Shown piece by piece: positions 1 through 10,187 of a stretch of DNA of 64,000 nucleotides. A program made the translations under genes and the position numbers. Each line of letters begins with the position of its first letter. Positions within the stretch are counted from its first letter, which is position 1. Source of the stretch: an uncultured Candidatus Binatia bacterium (lineage in GTDB: Bacteria > Desulfobacterota > Binatia > Bin18); the NCBI GenBank assembly GCA_965214605.1, contig OZ243961.1, positions 4,192,001 through 4,256,000 of the forward strand, in the 5' to 3' direction. Under the pieces are notes generated by a model that was not told where the DNA came from, did not search any database, and saw only the letters and a list, made by a program, of their open reading frames with translations.

Positions 1-1713
1 CCTTATTTGGCTGCGTCTGAGATGATTCAGAGCGATATGCCTCAAATTCAGCAGCGGGCCTGGCGTGTCGTTCAACACGCGCGGCGTCTCGACCATGCGC
101 TAGAGGCCTTGTACGACTACATTGCCGGCTTTGGTGCGTCGCACACCACTGAGACCTCTAACGACGCTTTGGCCGTTCTGAGCGCCGAGCGGGGTGGGCG
201 GGCGGGCAAGGCGCGGGCCCTAGTGGCCGTGCTACGGGCGGTTGGCATTCCGGCCCGGGTGGTTGGCGGGATTCGGCTCGGCGATGTTAAGCAGGCGCGC
301 ACGACGATGTATTGGGCCGAAGCGTTTGTCGGTCGGACCTGGGTCCCAATGGATCCGGCTGGCGGCTATTTTGGCCGGTTACCGAATACTTATCTGGCGC
401 TCTACCGCAACGATCTGCCGCTGTTGGCCCACACCCGGCACGTATCTGTGGACTACAGCTTTGTCATTGAGCACCTTACCCGCAGGGCCGCCCTGGCCAC
501 GGAGGCCGATCCCCGACCGGAGGGCTTGCAGGATCACCAACAATTTTGGACGGCAACCGCCTATGTTGACCGGCCCCGGGCTTCGGTCGTGTTGATTCAC
601 GAAAGTCCGCTGTCAGAGCACCTCTTACAGTCGCTGTTGACTCGAGCCCGGGCGGCTGGCGTCAACGCCTCGATCTTCAGCACTCCGGACGGCTCACGTG
701 CCTTCCGTCAGGCCTGCCTGCGAACCGTTCTCGACGTTAATAGCGCACTCCTTCGGGATGCCAACCTAGTCGTGCTCAATACCTACGATGCGGCCGGGCT
801 CTACGCCCTGCTCGACCAGGATGGATTGGAGGATAGGCTCCACGACACACGCCTGGTGATAGCCAGTGGAGTGGTCCAACCGGTCGGGAGAATCTTTGCG
901 GCGCTGATAGACCGGGTACTCGAACCGGCCTCGGTGGTGTTACTGCCCTACCAGCCCAACCCCAGCCAAATATGGGAGACCAGTCTGGTCGGCCTGACGC
1001 TCTCACTCCCCCCGTCCCAAGGCGGTGTCGAATTAAGCGGATGGAGGGCCGGTGTGGTCAGCATGTGGCAGCACGCCATCCGGGCCAAGGCCTCACTGCT
1101 GGCGCTGAACGCTATCCTGGTGCTGCCCGTCATCGCTTTTTTCCTCGTCATTCTGCGCAATCTCATCGGTTTAGAGACTTTTGGATTTTTTGCTCCTATG
1201 CTGCTCGCCCTGGCTTTTTTGACAACCGGTCTGGGCTGGGGGCTGCTGATCTTCGGCGCTATTATCGGTGTTGGCGGCGGCCTACGCCTAGTCCTGCAAC
1301 GGCTCCGGCTGCACCTTGTTGCGCGGGTGGCTATCCTGATTGCAGTGGTAGCGGTGAGCATGACCGGCCTCACTCTCGTTGGCGCTCAGCTGGGCATTGG
1401 GGAGCTGCTTCACGTCGGCATTTTCCCCATGGTCATTATTGCCAATATGATAGAGAATTTCAGCAATACCCAGTTAGAGCGCGGAACTCGGGAAGCGCTG
1501 CGGTTGACCGTGAATACCCTGCTGGTGGCCCTGCTGTCTTACGGGTGTATTGAGAACACCGATCTGAGGCCGCTGTTGCTGGCCTTTCCCGAGCTGCTGG
1601 TCGCCATCGTCGGGCTAGAAGTTTTGATCGGCTGTTGGCGCGGTATGCGCCTAGTCGAATATCTGCGTTTTGTCCGCGTACTGCGCCAGGCCGCGGCCCC
1701 AGACCGTATCTAG
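1..1713 (+). CDS. Inactive transglutaminase-like domain fused to 7TM domain (7TM_transglut family), 5'-partial
   Basis: Frame is open from base 1. Transglutaminase core pattern 'GKARALVAVLRAVGIPARVVGG...YWAEAF...WVPMDP' lacks the catalytic Cys/His. C-terminal 'LRNLIGLETFGFFAPMLLALAF...IFPMVIIANMIE...WRGMRLVEYLRF' is typical of 7TM_transglut. Confidence 0.85.
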   Translation, partial: PYLAASEMIQSDMPQIQQRAWRVVQHARRLDHALEALYDYIAGFGASHTTETSNDALAVLSAERGGRAGKARALVAVLRAVGIPARVVGGIRLGDVKQARTTMYWAEAFVGRTWVPMDPAGGYFGRLPNTYLALYRNDLPLLAHTRHVSVDYSFVIEHLTRRAALATEADPRPEGLQDHQQFWTATAYVDRPRASVVLIHESPLSEHLLQSLLTRARAAGVNASIFSTPDGSRAFRQACLRTVLDVNSALLRDANLVVLNTYDAAGLYALLDQDGLEDRLHDTRLVIASGVVQPVGRIFAALIDRVLEPASVVLLPYQPNPSQIWETSLVGLTLSLPPSQGGVELSGWRAGVVSMWQHAIRAKASLLALNAILVLPVIAFFLVILRNLIGLETFGFFAPMLLALAFLTTGLGWGLLIFGAIIGVGGGLRLVLQRLRLHLVARVAILIAVVAVSMTGLTLVGAQLGIGELLHVGIFPMVIIANMIENFSNTQLERGTREALRLTVNTLLVALLSYGCIENTDLRPLLLAFPELLVAIVGLEVLIGCWRGMRLVEYLRFVRVLRQAAAPDRI

Positions 1714-1729
1714 ACCGGGACAGACCCTG

Positions 1730-2698
1730 ATGTTGCAACAACTGCGCACCGTGTCCCGAGAATTTCTCGGCCTGAACCGGCGAGACCGCGACTTGGTCGC
1801 CCGCTATAATCCGCGCCGTCTAGCCCACGATACCATCCATAAGCTGCGTACCAAGAAACTGTTGCAGGCACGCGGCATTCCGGTTGCCGAGACGCTGGCA
1901 GTGTATCGTTTTCAGCACGATATCAAACAGTTTGTCGATCACACGGCTGCCTGGAAGGATTTTGTGATCAAACCCGCGCAGGGCACGGGTGGAGGCGGGG
2001 TCGTTGTCATCGCTGGCCGTCAGGATCAGGCTTTTGTGAGCCTGGGAGGCGGGACGCTCAGGGCACGGATGCTGGAGAACCATCTGTCCGATATCCTAAA
2101 CGGCGTCTACTCACTTAACCATCGTTACGACGAGGCGTTTGTCGAGCGCCGTCTACAGGCGCACCCAGCGCTGGCCCGGCTCAGCTTTCAGGGCTTGCCC
2201 GACATTCGGGTCGTTGTGTTTCAGGGTGTCCCCTTGATGGCCATGCTGCGCCTGGCAACCCGCCGCTCTCAGGGCCGGGCCAATCTGGACAACGGCGGAC
2301 TCGGCGTTGGCATTGATCTGGTCAGCGGGGTGACTAGCGGGGCTATTGCGAGACGACGTTGGGTGATGGAGCACCCCGATACCAGGCTCGGGTTGAGTGG
2401 AATCCGGGTGCCGGAATGGGAGGGACTGGTGCGGACAGCCACGCGCTGTGCGGATGCCATCGGTATCAAATATCTCGGCGTCGATGTGGTGCTTGACGTG
2501 GACCTCGGCGCGTGTGTGCTGGAGTTGAACGCCCGACCCGGCCTCCTTATCCAACTCGCCAACCGGCGCGGACTACGGCCCTTGGTCGAGGCGGTTGAGC
2601 GGAGTGCGTCTCAGAATCTCTCTGTGGCTGAGCGGGTCGCATTCGGCCGGTCCCTGTACGCCGGGGAGGGAGCACGATATCCCATCGCCTCTCTTTAG
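1730..2698 (+). CDS. Alpha-L-glutamate ligase-like ATP-grasp protein (ATPgrasp_ST/RimK-like)
   Basis: Motifs 'LGLNRR', 'FVIKPAQGTGGGG', 'GLPDIRV', 'MAMLRL', 'GRANLDNGG', 'LELNARPGLLIQLAN'. This is the usual partner of the 7TM_transglut gene. ATG at 1730. Confidence 0.88.
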   Translation: MLQQLRTVSREFLGLNRRDRDLVARYNPRRLAHDTIHKLRTKKLLQARGIPVAETLAVYRFQHDIKQFVDHTAAWKDFVIKPAQGTGGGGVVVIAGRQDQAFVSLGGGTLRARMLENHLSDILNGVYSLNHRYDEAFVERRLQAHPALARLSFQGLPDIRVVVFQGVPLMAMLRLATRRSQGRANLDNGGLGVGIDLVSGVTSGAIARRRWVMEHPDTRLGLSGIRVPEWEGLVRTATRCADAIGIKYLGVDVVLDVDLGACVLELNARPGLLIQLANRRGLRPLVEAVERSASQNLSVAERVAFGRSLYAGEGARYPIASL

Positions 2699-3426
2699 CC
2701 CTCATTTTGCTCGCCGCTCTTAGGCCAGGCGTAAAAGTTCTTTGAGAAAATTTCATTCTGTGGCCGGACGTCGTCCTTCCTTACAGTCGGAGCGGAGGAG
2801 AGCGATGCGAGAGTCAAGCAGGGGCACTGCGGCGTCTTTCGGCTGCTTGTTGAGTTCGTCTGTGTGGGGCACTCTGATCGTACGGATGAGAGGGGTCTTC
2901 CGCGGCACACCAGCTGCACGAAATTGTATGGCCTGCCGTTCTTCACGGTGCCGTATTGCGGCGTACTTCAGGTTTAGGCTTGCATCGGATGCACAGCTAA
3001 TATCTTATCGATCGGGGAGGGAGTTTCCGGCGTTGTAAGAGACCCGGTCGATCGGGGTCGTTTGGGTCTCCTCATCCTTGTCGCGCCCGTGTTCTCATGA
3101 TGTCCCTCGCCTTGGTACGAGAGTCATATTTTCGCCAATCTTGAGCGCTCGTATCCGGAGGACGATCAGCGGAAGCACGCCTGTGAAGAGAGCAATCATG
3201 CTGTGGCTCATCATATCTTCCGCCACGATGACCGCGCGGCGGCCATCCGTGTAGATAGTTTTCTCGATAGCCCAGTCCTCAACCGTCCCGATGATGCGGA
3301 ATTCGTCCGGCTCCAAGCTGCACCCTCGTCTCGTGGCGACGTCTCGCTGTCCTCAAGCGGGAGATCAAGCCCGTCTGCGTGGGGCTGTTTTCGTCCCCTA
3401 GCCCGCAGAGCCAGAGCACCGAGGGC

Positions 3427-3467
3427 GACGAGAGATGGGCAGAGGACCTCGCCGCCCATCTCTCGTC
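3427..3467. repeat. Perfect 14-bp inverted repeat (GACGAGAGATGGGC / GCCCATCTCTCGTC), 13-nt loop
   Basis: Read directly from sequence; function unknown. Confidence 0.6.
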
Positions 3468-3987
3468 AAGTGCCGGGTGCGTGTTGTTGATGGAGAAGGG
3501 TTCTGATTTCAGACTAGCTGTCCCTCACCCTGCTCTCCCATATTTTCCCTGATGTTCTCGGTCAGCAAGTCAGGATTGTGGCGTGCAGTAGGTGGCTTCA
3601 GGACGAATCCAGACATGAGCTGAGACCCCCAACACGTGCTCAAGGGCGAGGGCAGGGAATTGGTTCTCTGTTCGGTTGGTCCCTCACTCCGCTTGGCGCA
3701 AGCCCTTTGCCTCCAGGGTTTGGCGCCGCACGGAGGGAGCAAGCTAGGCCATGCGCTTGCGTGCGCAACGAACTGCCGGTTTGGCGCTGCACGCAGGGGG
3801 CAAGCTATCAGACCACACGCGCTCTTCAGGTCGTCATAAGTCGCTCGCCGTCTCAACATCAACTTCCTGCTTCCTCTCGTCTCATCAACAGACACAATGA
3901 GGCGCCAACAATGATCGGGCTCAAGAGCGAGGGAACAGGACCAATTCAACGAAAACCGATCAACTCCTCTAGGAGTTTGGGGCGGAC

Positions 3988-4017
3988 TTGACACGCTGCT
4001 GTTTCGCGGTCTATAGT
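3988..4017 (+). promoter_or_regulatory. Sigma70-type promoter of nadA (TTGACA-N18-TATAGT)
   Basis: TTGACA at 3988-3993 and TATAGT at 4012-4017, upstream of the GGAGG RBS and ATG 4054. Confidence 0.7.
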
Positions 4018-4037
4018 ATGCGTCAGATTTACGCAAA
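4017..4037. promoter_or_regulatory. NrtR operator (TATGCGT-CAGATTT-ACGCAAA)
   Basis: 21-bp imperfect palindrome with the GT-N7-AC core characteristic of NrtR boxes. It overlaps the transcription start region of nadA-nrtR. Confidence 0.75.
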
Positions 4038-4053
4038 CCCCTGGGGAGGGAAT

Positions 4054-5061
4054 ATGCACCCGATCTACGGCGGGGAAAAGACCCCGCAAGAACTGTACGA
4101 CCACCTGTCGCAGCTTGACAGCGAATACACGCTCGAGGCGTGTACCGAGTACGCGGCTTGGATTCACGACATCAAACAACTCAAGCAGGAACACAACGCG
4201 GTCATTTTGGCCCATAACTATCAACGGCCCGAAATCTTCGAGGTGGCGGACTTTATCGGCGATTCGCTCGAACTCGCCCGTCAGGCCAAAAAAGTCGAGT
4301 CCGACCAAGTCGTGTTCTGCGGCGTGCACTTTATGGCTGAGACGGCCAAGATTGTGAACCCAGAGCGTAAGATTCTGCTGCCCGACCTAAAGGCTGGCTG
4401 CTCTTTGGCCGAGAGTATCACCGGTGAGGCGTTAGCCGAGCGCAAGCACGAGCTGCGCAAGGTCTATCCCGATCTCCAGACTATCTGTTATGTCAACACC
4501 ACCGCCGACGTGAAAGCCGAGTGCGACGCGTGCTGCACCTCGGCGAACGCGGTGCAGATCGTTGAGTCTTTAGACACCGAGCACGTCCTGTTTGTCCCGG
4601 ACGAGAATCTCGCCCGCTATGTGCAAACCCAGACCACGAAAACCATCCTGTCCTGGGAGGGCAACTGTTATGTCCACCACCAGATTACTCCTCAGCACAT
4701 TCTGTCGGTGCGTGACAATCTGCCCCACGTCAAGGTCCTGGTTCATCCCGAATGCCGGGAAGACGTGATTCAGCTGGCCGACGCGGTTCTGTCGACGAGT
4801 GCCATGGTTCGCTATGCCAAAAATAGTCCGGCCGAAGAATTTCTGATCGTCACCGAGTGTGGTCTGTCCGACCGGCTGCTGCTCGAAATTCCCGAAAAGA
4901 AGTTCTACAAGAGCTGTCAGCTGTGCCATTACATGAAGATGATTACCCTCGACGGCGTGCGTGACTCCCTGCGGGCGCAGCGCTATGAGATTACCCTGGA
5001 CGAGGATATCCGGGTGGCAGCCGAACAGGCGATCGACCGGATGTTGGAGTTGAGTGCTTAG
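4054..5061 (+). CDS. nadA: Quinolinate synthase A
   Basis: Motifs 'ILAHNYQ', 'GDSLEL', 'FCGVHFMAETAKI', 'AGCSLA', 'YVNT', 'CYVH', 'HPEC', 'CHYMK'. RBS GGAGG precedes ATG 4054. Confidence 0.96.
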   Translation: MHPIYGGEKTPQELYDHLSQLDSEYTLEACTEYAAWIHDIKQLKQEHNAVILAHNYQRPEIFEVADFIGDSLELARQAKKVESDQVVFCGVHFMAETAKIVNPERKILLPDLKAGCSLAESITGEALAERKHELRKVYPDLQTICYVNTTADVKAECDACCTSANAVQIVESLDTEHVLFVPDENLARYVQTQTTKTILSWEGNCYVHHQITPQHILSVRDNLPHVKVLVHPECREDVIQLADAVLSTSAMVRYAKNSPAEEFLIVTECGLSDRLLLEIPEKKFYKSCQLCHYMKMITLDGVRDSLRAQRYEITLDEDIRVAAEQAIDRMLELSA

Positions 5062-5776
5062 GCCAACTCCTCCCCTCGACGTCATCGGGGCGGGCGCGGT
5101 GTCAACGACATCAGCCTGGACGGCGGCGCCTCACCCTCGGGTGGCGGTCGATGCCGTCCTGTTCACCATCACCGACGGTCAGCTGCAGACCCTGCTGGTC
5201 AATATTAAAACTGGCCCGTTTGTCGGTCGCTGGGCCTTTCCGGGCGGCTTAGTCGAACTCGGCGAGTCGCTAGACGAGGCGGCCTACCGGGAGTTGTACG
5301 AGAAGACCGGGGTCCGAGACCTGTATCTTGAGCAGCTTTTCACTTTTGGTGATGCCCACCGTGACCCGACCTGGCACACCGTAGCGGTGGCCTATTTTGC
5401 CCTGGTGCCGTATTTTGACCATGGACTGAAACGGGGCGAGAAGTACGCCGATATTGATTGGTTTCCAGTCCACGATCTCCCGCGCCTAGCCTACGATCAC
5501 AGCGCGATTGCCGCCTACGCGCTGAAACGCCTGCAGGCCAAACTGGGCTATACGAATATTGTCTACAGCCTGCTGCCCGATGAGTTCACGCTGCGCGAAA
5601 TTCAGGCTATCTACGAGACGATCCTCAACGATAAGCTGGATCGACGAAATTTCCGACGCAAGATTCTGGCCTTGGGACTACTCAAACCCTTACCCAAAAC
5701 CCGCCATGGCTCTCATCGGCCGGCCGCTCTGTATACCTTCACCCAGCGCCGGCCCATGAATGTGGGCGTACTGTGA
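5054..5776 (+). CDS. nrtR: NrtR-family Nudix-related transcriptional regulator
   Basis: Nudix-like 'WAFPGG...ESLDEAAYRELYEKTG', 'LEQLFTFG', 'LAYDH', and C-terminal wHTH 'FTL.E.Q..YE.IL...LDRRNFRRKI'. Coupled to nadA. Confidence 0.9.
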   Translation: MLRPTPPLDVIGAGAVSTTSAWTAAPHPRVAVDAVLFTITDGQLQTLLVNIKTGPFVGRWAFPGGLVELGESLDEAAYRELYEKTGVRDLYLEQLFTFGDAHRDPTWHTVAVAYFALVPYFDHGLKRGEKYADIDWFPVHDLPRLAYDHSAIAAYALKRLQAKLGYTNIVYSLLPDEFTLREIQAIYETILNDKLDRRNFRRKILALGLLKPLPKTRHGSHRPAALYTFTQRRPMNVGVL

Positions 5777-5942
5777 GCAAGATGGAGGGGGCGTGGTGAG
5801 AGAGACAGGGCTGTATTCTTGTCCGGTCTGTACTCCTCACTCCCGAGTCGTTCCTTGGCCGTCTTGTTTATGTTAAGCTGAGATGGACGCGGCCTTGATT
5901 GTTGTTTCGCGTTTGAGGCTCCGTATTTTCGGGAGAATCCGT

Positions 5943-6341
5943 ATGTGGAAACATTTGATGATGGCGTGCCTATTCACGCTGAGCCCGAGCGCTTTGAGCT
6001 GGGCCGAATCTTCCCCCAAACACCCCCCGCCGGCCAAACAAGGCTCCCCGGCCACAGCCTTACCGGCGACGTTGCCCCCAGACCTCTTCACTGGCAGGGT
6101 CCGTCAAGCCTACCAGGTCGCGGCAGACATGCCTGAGGTCCTAGCCGGGCTCAACTGTCACTGTGGCTGCGATGAGTCCCAAGGCCACCAGAATCTCTTG
6201 AGCTGCTTTAGTGACGACCATGCGGTCGGTTGACCGCACTGTGTGAACGAGGCGCTGGACGCGCACTCTCTGTTTATGGTGGGTACTCCACCGGACCAAA
6301 TTTACGATTTTATCGAGCAGACCTACGGGACAGGGCGCTAG
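5943..6341 (+). CDS. Exported PCYCGC/CYCXC-type (seleno)protein with in-frame UGA (probable Sec) at 6231-6233
   Basis: Signal peptide and 'CHCGC...H.NLLSCF..DHAVG', then TGA, then 35 open codons 'PHCVNEALDAHSLFMVGTPPDQIYDFIEQTYGTGR'. This gives a UxxC where the family has CxxC. The final TAG overlaps the convergent gene's stop (CTAG 6338-6341). Confidence 0.8.
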
Positions 6342-6739
6342 TCTTTTCCGCCTTGTTTGAGATCCTGAGCCAGCTCTATCAAATATCCGTCAGGGTCTCG
6401 CACATAGGCCGTACGCTGGCCCCACTGACGAGTTGTCGGCGGCGTGACCGCCATGGCTCCTTTTTCGACCAGCTCCGCATAGGCAGCGTCAACATTTGCG
6501 ACTTTGAAGCCGAGCTCGAAGCCGGCGGCATCCGTAGCCGGCTTGGTCAGGCTGGAATCCAGCGCCTGGGCCATCGCTGTCCGAGTATAAAAACCGAGCC
6601 GGGTCGTGCCCGTGTCCAGCTGGGCATATTCGCCTGAGCGATGGCCCAAGCGCAGCCCCAACACCTGGGTGTAGAAGCTGAGAGTGCGGTCAAGATCGTC
6701 AACGATCAGGATCACATAGTTGAGAGCGGTCAGTTTCAT
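6338..6739 (-). CDS. VOC/glyoxalase family protein
   Basis: 'LNYVILIVDDLDRTLSFYTQVLG...ELGFKV...WGQRTAYVRDPDGYLIEL'; AGGAGG RBS. Confidence 0.9.
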   Translation of the reverse strand: MKLTALNYVILIVDDLDRTLSFYTQVLGLRLGHRSGEYAQLDTGTTRLGFYTRTAMAQALDSSLTKPATDAAGFELGFKVANVDAAYAELVEKGAMAVTPPTTRQWGQRTAYVRDPDGYLIELAQDLKQGGKD

Positions 6740-6848
6740 CGCCACCATCCTCCTTGACGCTCTATGCTGCCATCTGACCCTGGGTTTTAAAAGGCGGGTC
6801 GGCCCGGATGCCGGGTGAAGCGAACCGAGGGGAGGTCCTGCCTGGTGA

Positions 6849-7862
<1,014 letters not shown>

Positions 7863-7886
7863 GTCCGGAACGGGAGCAGCAACCCG

Positions 7887-8711
7887 ATGCCGATTGTCTC
7901 CGCCTTTTTGGTCCCTAGCTCACCCCTGCCGTATGTCAAACCAAACAACCCGCCGTGGGCAAAAATCGCCGCCGGTTACCGAGCCGCCAGACAGACTCTC
8001 GCCACCTCAAAGCCCGAGGTGCTGCTCGTCTACTCGACTCAGTGGATTGCGGTCCTTGACCAGCTGTGGCAGGCTCGGCCGCGGGTGAAGGGGCTGCACG
8101 TTGACGAAAACTGGCACGAGTATGACGACCTGCCGTATGACCTGAAAATCGCCGCCCCGTTAGCCAGGGCGTGCGTCAGTGCGGCGACCAAGGCCGGCGT
8201 CAAATCTAAAGCAGTTAATTACGACGGGTTTCCGGTTGATACCGGAACGATTGTGGCCGCCAAGTTTCTGGACCCGGACGGCACGATCCCATTGTTGATC
8301 GCCTCGAACAACCTGTATCACGACTTCAGGCTGACCGAGAAGCTGGGTCGCATCGCCGCCATCCAAGCCCGACGTCGATACAAACGAGTCGCCGTGGTCG
8401 GGATTGGCAATCTGTCGGGCACATTTTTTCGGGACGCGATCGATATTCGTAAAGACAAACTCGCCGCTCCCAAGTACGACCGCTGGAATAAGAAGATCTT
8501 AGATCTCATGACCCGTGGTGAGATGAAAGGGCTAGCTGCGGCCATTCCCGATTTTGTGGCGGAGGGTCAGGCCGACATGGGCTTTAAGCACTACGCTTGG
8601 GTGCTGGGAGCCTTAGGCGGAAAATTCAGTGCTGCGACCGTACACGCTTACGGGCCTCTATACGGAGCGGGCGGAGCCGTCGTGGAATTCCAACTCAAAT
8701 CTGGACGATAG
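7887..8711 (+). CDS. amnA: 2-aminophenol 1,6-dioxygenase alpha subunit
   Basis: 'IVSAFLVP..PLP', 'VYSTQW.AVLDQ.W', 'HVDENW', 'NYDGFP.DTGTI', 'SNNLYH', 'DMGFKH', 'YGP.YG.G.AV.EF'. Follows amnB. Confidence 0.85.
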   Translation: MPIVSAFLVPSSPLPYVKPNNPPWAKIAAGYRAARQTLATSKPEVLLVYSTQWIAVLDQLWQARPRVKGLHVDENWHEYDDLPYDLKIAAPLARACVSAATKAGVKSKAVNYDGFPVDTGTIVAAKFLDPDGTIPLLIASNNLYHDFRLTEKLGRIAAIQARRRYKRVAVVGIGNLSGTFFRDAIDIRKDKLAAPKYDRWNKKILDLMTRGEMKGLAAAIPDFVAEGQADMGFKHYAWVLGALGGKFSAATVHAYGPLYGAGGAVVEFQLKSGR

Positions 8712-8739
8712 TCAGCCAAGACGGACAAGGAGGACACCT

Positions 8740-9144
8740 ATGGCTGAGTCACAGCGAGATCGAATTTTTACCGGGCTAGCGATTTGCTTTTGGCTGCTGG
8801 CGATCTCGAATTTTTCCAAGCCTTTTCAACTCTCCGAGCAGAGCGGCTTCGTGTTATTCGGTACCCGTCTGACGGGTAGTGACAACGTGTTATGGAGCCT
8901 CGTCTTTGGCGTCTATCTGGTGGTGTACGGCTTGGGCCTCTGGTATATGAAGCGTTTCGTCGTCGGGATGTCGCACGCCTATGCCCTCTACGTCATCCTA
9001 AACCTGTTCCTGTACTGGAACGGTGTCCCGGAGGTGGCTAGCGGGGACGTCATTTTTGGAGTAATTTACACCCTGGGCGCAGTCGGGGTGTCCCTTGGCT
9101 CAGCCGTACTGCTGAGCATACGCAGAAAAGAACTGTCGTGGTGA
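8740..9144 (+). CDS. Hypothetical membrane protein (about 4 TM)
   Basis: AGGAGG RBS, ATG 8740, four hydrophobic segments. Confidence 0.75.
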   Translation: MAESQRDRIFTGLAICFWLLAISNFSKPFQLSEQSGFVLFGTRLTGSDNVLWSLVFGVYLVVYGLGLWYMKRFVVGMSHAYALYVILNLFLYWNGVPEVASGDVIFGVIYTLGAVGVSLGSAVLLSIRRKELSW

Positions 9145-9167
9145 TCCACCACGCCTAGACGGCGCAT

Positions 9168-9186
9168 CAGGGGCACGCTGCCCCTG
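9168..9186. terminator. GC-rich hairpin between convergent genes (CAGGGGCA-CGC-TGCCCCTG)
   Basis: 8-bp inverted repeat in a convergent intergenic region; no U-tract. Confidence 0.35.
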
Positions 9187-9256
9187 GACTCCAGCCGACG
9201 GACAGCGGCTAGGTCAGCGGGACGCCAACCCGGCCCTGGGCGGCAAGCCAGAGCTG

Positions 9257-9652
9257 TTAGCCGCGCTGCACCAACTCAACAATATTGCCGTCGGGGTCTT
9301 TGACCATGGCGACGCGTACTCCGGGCCGAAACTCGGTCTCGGGAAGGGTAAATTCCACGCCTTTGTCCTTCAGCTCGGCACACATGGCGCTGATATCGTT
9401 GATCACAAAGGTGATGTAACGAAACCCGAGCTGTTTCTCTAAGCCGATGGTCCCGGCCGGTGGGACGGTCTTGGGGTCGATCAGTTTGATGTCGCTCTTG
9501 CCGAAGTGGAGCCGGTGCAGGGCGCCGAACGGGGTGGCCAGTTCTTCGCTCTTTTCTAAGCCGAGCATGCCTTGGTAAAAGTCCAGACTCTTGTTGATGT
9601 TGCTGACAACAATGCCGAGGTCGACCGAATCTTTGGCTGGATTAAGTGGCAT
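9257..9652 (-). CDS. VOC/glyoxalase family protein
   Basis: 'DLGIVVSNINKSLDFYQGMLGL...YITFVI...VKDPDGNIVELV'; GGAG RBS. Confidence 0.88.
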   Translation of the reverse strand: MPLNPAKDSVDLGIVVSNINKSLDFYQGMLGLEKSEELATPFGALHRLHFGKSDIKLIDPKTVPPAGTIGLEKQLGFRYITFVINDISAMCAELKDKGVEFTLPETEFRPGVRVAMVKDPDGNIVELVQRG

Positions 9653-9677
9653 AAACACTCCTGAAGGGGGATAAAGC

Positions 9678-10073
9678 TTAGCCGCGTGGACCGCTGAGTT
9701 CGATGAGTTCAATCTTGTAGCCGTTGGGATCTTCCACAAAGGCAATAACTGCGCCGCCGTGCATCATCGGTCCGGCTTCGCGGACGACTTTGACGCCTTT
9801 TTCCTTGAGTTCTTCGCACTTCTCATAAATACCATCAATGCCGATGGCCAGATGACCAAAGGCGTCGCCCTGATCATAGCTCGACGTGTCCCAGTTGTGG
9901 GTTAGCTCGATGACCGAATTATCTTTTTCATCGCCATAGCCGACAAAGGCCAAGGTGAACTTTCCGCCTGGGTAGTCCTTTTTACGCAGCAGTTTCATCC
10001 CCAAGGATTCGGTGTAGAACTTGATCGACTCATCCATATCATTGACCCGAATCATGGTGTGCAAAAGTTGCAT
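9678..10073 (-). CDS. gloA: Lactoylglutathione lyase (glyoxalase I)
   Basis: 'LLHTMIRV', 'FTLAFVGYG', 'IELTHNW', 'FGHLAI', 'IAFVEDPNGYKIELI'. Confidence 0.95.
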   Translation of the reverse strand: MQLLHTMIRVNDMDESIKFYTESLGMKLLRKKDYPGGKFTLAFVGYGDEKDNSVIELTHNWDTSSYDQGDAFGHLAIGIDGIYEKCEELKEKGVKVVREAGPMMHGGAVIAFVEDPNGYKIELIELSGPRG

Positions 10074-10187
10074 AGCCTTCCTCCTTCATGCCTCTCAGGC
10101 TGTTTTGACGCTGTCGACAGCGGCCAACTTACGAATTTCATGCGAATCATGCAACGGGTCCGTGTTAATAAAAAAGACGGCTGCGCC

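Noticed and set aside
6230-6637. 135-aa plus-strand ORF
   Set aside because: It is a shadow of the minus-strand VOC gene and is out of frame with the selenoprotein read-through.
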